Source: Candidatus Peribacter riflensis (GTDB lineage Bacteria > Patescibacteriota > Gracilibacteria > Peribacterales > Peribacteraceae). From it: a stretch of DNA of 32,000 nucleotides. Shown one piece after another: positions 30,963-32,000 of this stretch. Below the pieces are notes generated by a model, which was given only the letters and a program-made list of their open reading frames with translations, did not search any database and was not told where the DNA came from. Position 1 is the stretch's first letter. Each line of letters begins with the position of its first letter. The position numbers and the translations under genes were made by a program. Where the stretch lies: positions 360,001 to 392,000 of the forward strand of contig CP013062.1 in assembly GCA_001430755.1 (NCBI GenBank), written 5' to 3'.

Positions 30963-32000
30963 GTGATTGAAAAATTGCGCGCACTGGCAGGGGAGTACGG
31001 CCGCATCGAGCAGGAGATGCAGGACCCCGTTCTATTGGCTGATTCCAAGCGCATGACCCCGCTTGCCAGGCGTTACAGGGAGCTCGAACCTCTGGTGCGC
31101 CTGCTCAAAGAGTACGACCGGTGCGAGGCGGCCATCGCCTTTGCGGCGAAGGTGACGGAGCCGGATCTGAAACAGTTGGCGGAGGATGAGGCGGCTCTGG
31201 CGGTGACCCGCAGGGAGGAACTTCTCAAAGCAATGCGCGCGTTTCTCGTACCGAAAGATCCCCAGGACGAGCGCAACGTGATTCTGGAAGTGCGTGCGGG
31301 AACGGGGGGCGAGGAGGCGGCGCTCTTCGCCGCGGAGCTCCTGCGGATGTACCTGCGGTATGCCGAGCAGAAGAAGTGGCAGACGGAACTCGTGAGTAAG
31401 ACGGATGCGGAGGGGGGAGGCATCAAGGAGGCCGTCGTACGCGTCGAGGGCCCGGCCTTCGGGGATTTTAAGTTCGAGTCGGGCGTACACCGCGTGCAGC
31501 GGATTCCTGAGACGGAGAAGAAGGGGCGCGTGCATACATCGGCGGCGACGGTCGCCGTTCTTCCCGAAGCGGAGGAGGTGGATATTGCCATTCGTCCTCA
31601 GGATTTGAGAATAGACACATTCAGGAGCGGTGGAGCCGGAGGACAGAACGTGAACAAGGTGGAGAGTGCCATCCGCATCACGCACATCCCGACGAATACA
31701 GTAGTGGCCTGCCAGACGGAGCGCAGCCAGCAGCGTAACCGTGAAATCGCGATGAGCCTGCTGCGCAGTCGTATCTATGAGGCGGAACGGGAGAAGCTGG
31801 CGAAGGAGCGCGGCGAAATGCGTGCGGGGCAGATCGGCTCGGGAGACAGGAGCGAGAAGATCCGTACCTACAATTTTCCGCAGGACCGCGTGACGGATCA
31901 CCGCATCAACGAGAATTTCAGCAACCTGCCCGCGGTGATGGAGGGCGGGCTGGAGGGGGTGATCGAGGCACTGAAAAAGGCAGATCAGGACCGGAGAGTG
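30963..32000 (+). CDS. prfA: peptide chain release factor 1 (3' partial, runs off the window); GTG start
   Basis: It is absent from the ORF track because there is no stop in the window. An in-frame TAA at 30933 limits the 5' end, making GTG 30963 the first plausible start. The translation contains RAGTGGEEAALFA, the RF1-type PxT tripeptide context RIPETEKKGRVHTSAATVAVLPE, and the GGQ motif (SGGAGGQNVNKVESAIRITH). Confidence 0.9.
   Translation, partial: MIEKLRALAGEYGRIEQEMQDPVLLADSKRMTPLARRYRELEPLVRLLKEYDRCEAAIAFAAKVTEPDLKQLAEDEAALAVTRREELLKAMRAFLVPKDPQDERNVILEVRAGTGGEEAALFAAELLRMYLRYAEQKKWQTELVSKTDAEGGGIKEAVVRVEGPAFGDFKFESGVHRVQRIPETEKKGRVHTSAATVAVLPEAEEVDIAIRPQDLRIDTFRSGGAGGQNVNKVESAIRITHIPTNTVVACQTERSQQRNREIAMSLLRSRIYEAEREKLAKERGEMRAGQIGSGDRSEKIRTYNFPQDRVTDHRINENFSNLPAVMEGGLEGVIEALKKADQDRRV

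Noticed and set aside
31032-31901. A 289-aa minus-strand ORF at the right end of the window.
   Set aside because: It is antisense to prfA. The plus frame contains GGQ and the RF1 PxT context, while the minus translation is Arg/Leu-rich with no motifs.

Overview
This is a high-GC (about 60% by eye), densely coded bacterial chromosomal window, mostly on the minus strand. It uses the standard genetic code: TGA, TAA and TAG each terminate recognisable genes.

Housekeeping content:
- a 5'-partial RmlD/NRS-ER-like sugar-nucleotide reductase
- tRNA-Tyr(GTA) and tRNA-Leu(TAA)
- a P-loop kinase::dCMP deaminase fusion
- holA, greA, carB (no adjacent carA) and mnmA
- a 3'-partial prfA with a GTG start; it is absent from the ORF track because it runs off the window

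The rest is dominated by cell-envelope and surface biology:
1. A translationally coupled alpha-2-macroglobulin (1978 aa, intact CAEQ thioester) and PBP1C pair.
2. A four-gene minus-strand operon (18709 to 13705). It encodes a membrane-tethered dockerin-only protein, a cohesin-like/Ser-rich/Cys-repeat/FN3 protein, a cupredoxin-like protein, and a TMTC/PMT-like GT-C glycosyltransferase fused to TPRs. The second and third proteins both end in PxTG-type motif + TM + Arg-rich sorting signals.
3. An SLH-domain protein.
4. A secreted protein built of DUF11-like modules and CGNG..CDDGN..DGC cysteine repeats.
5. A sortase with a long N-terminal extension.

The candidate I rate highest as a possibly undescribed system is the dockerin/cohesin/sortase-signal/glycosyltransferase operon. 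It looks like a minimal, non-cellulolytic surface-assembly module.

Accessory-looking items are a divergent orphan GGDEF protein with a coiled-coil tail, and a low-GC GIY-YIG gene bracketed by a perfect 20-bp hairpin repeat next to tRNA-Tyr.

I saw no CRISPR array, transposase, integrase or rRNA. Many long ORFs in the track are antisense or alternate-frame shadows typical of GC-rich DNA. All family assignments rest on motif recognition by eye; no searches were run.
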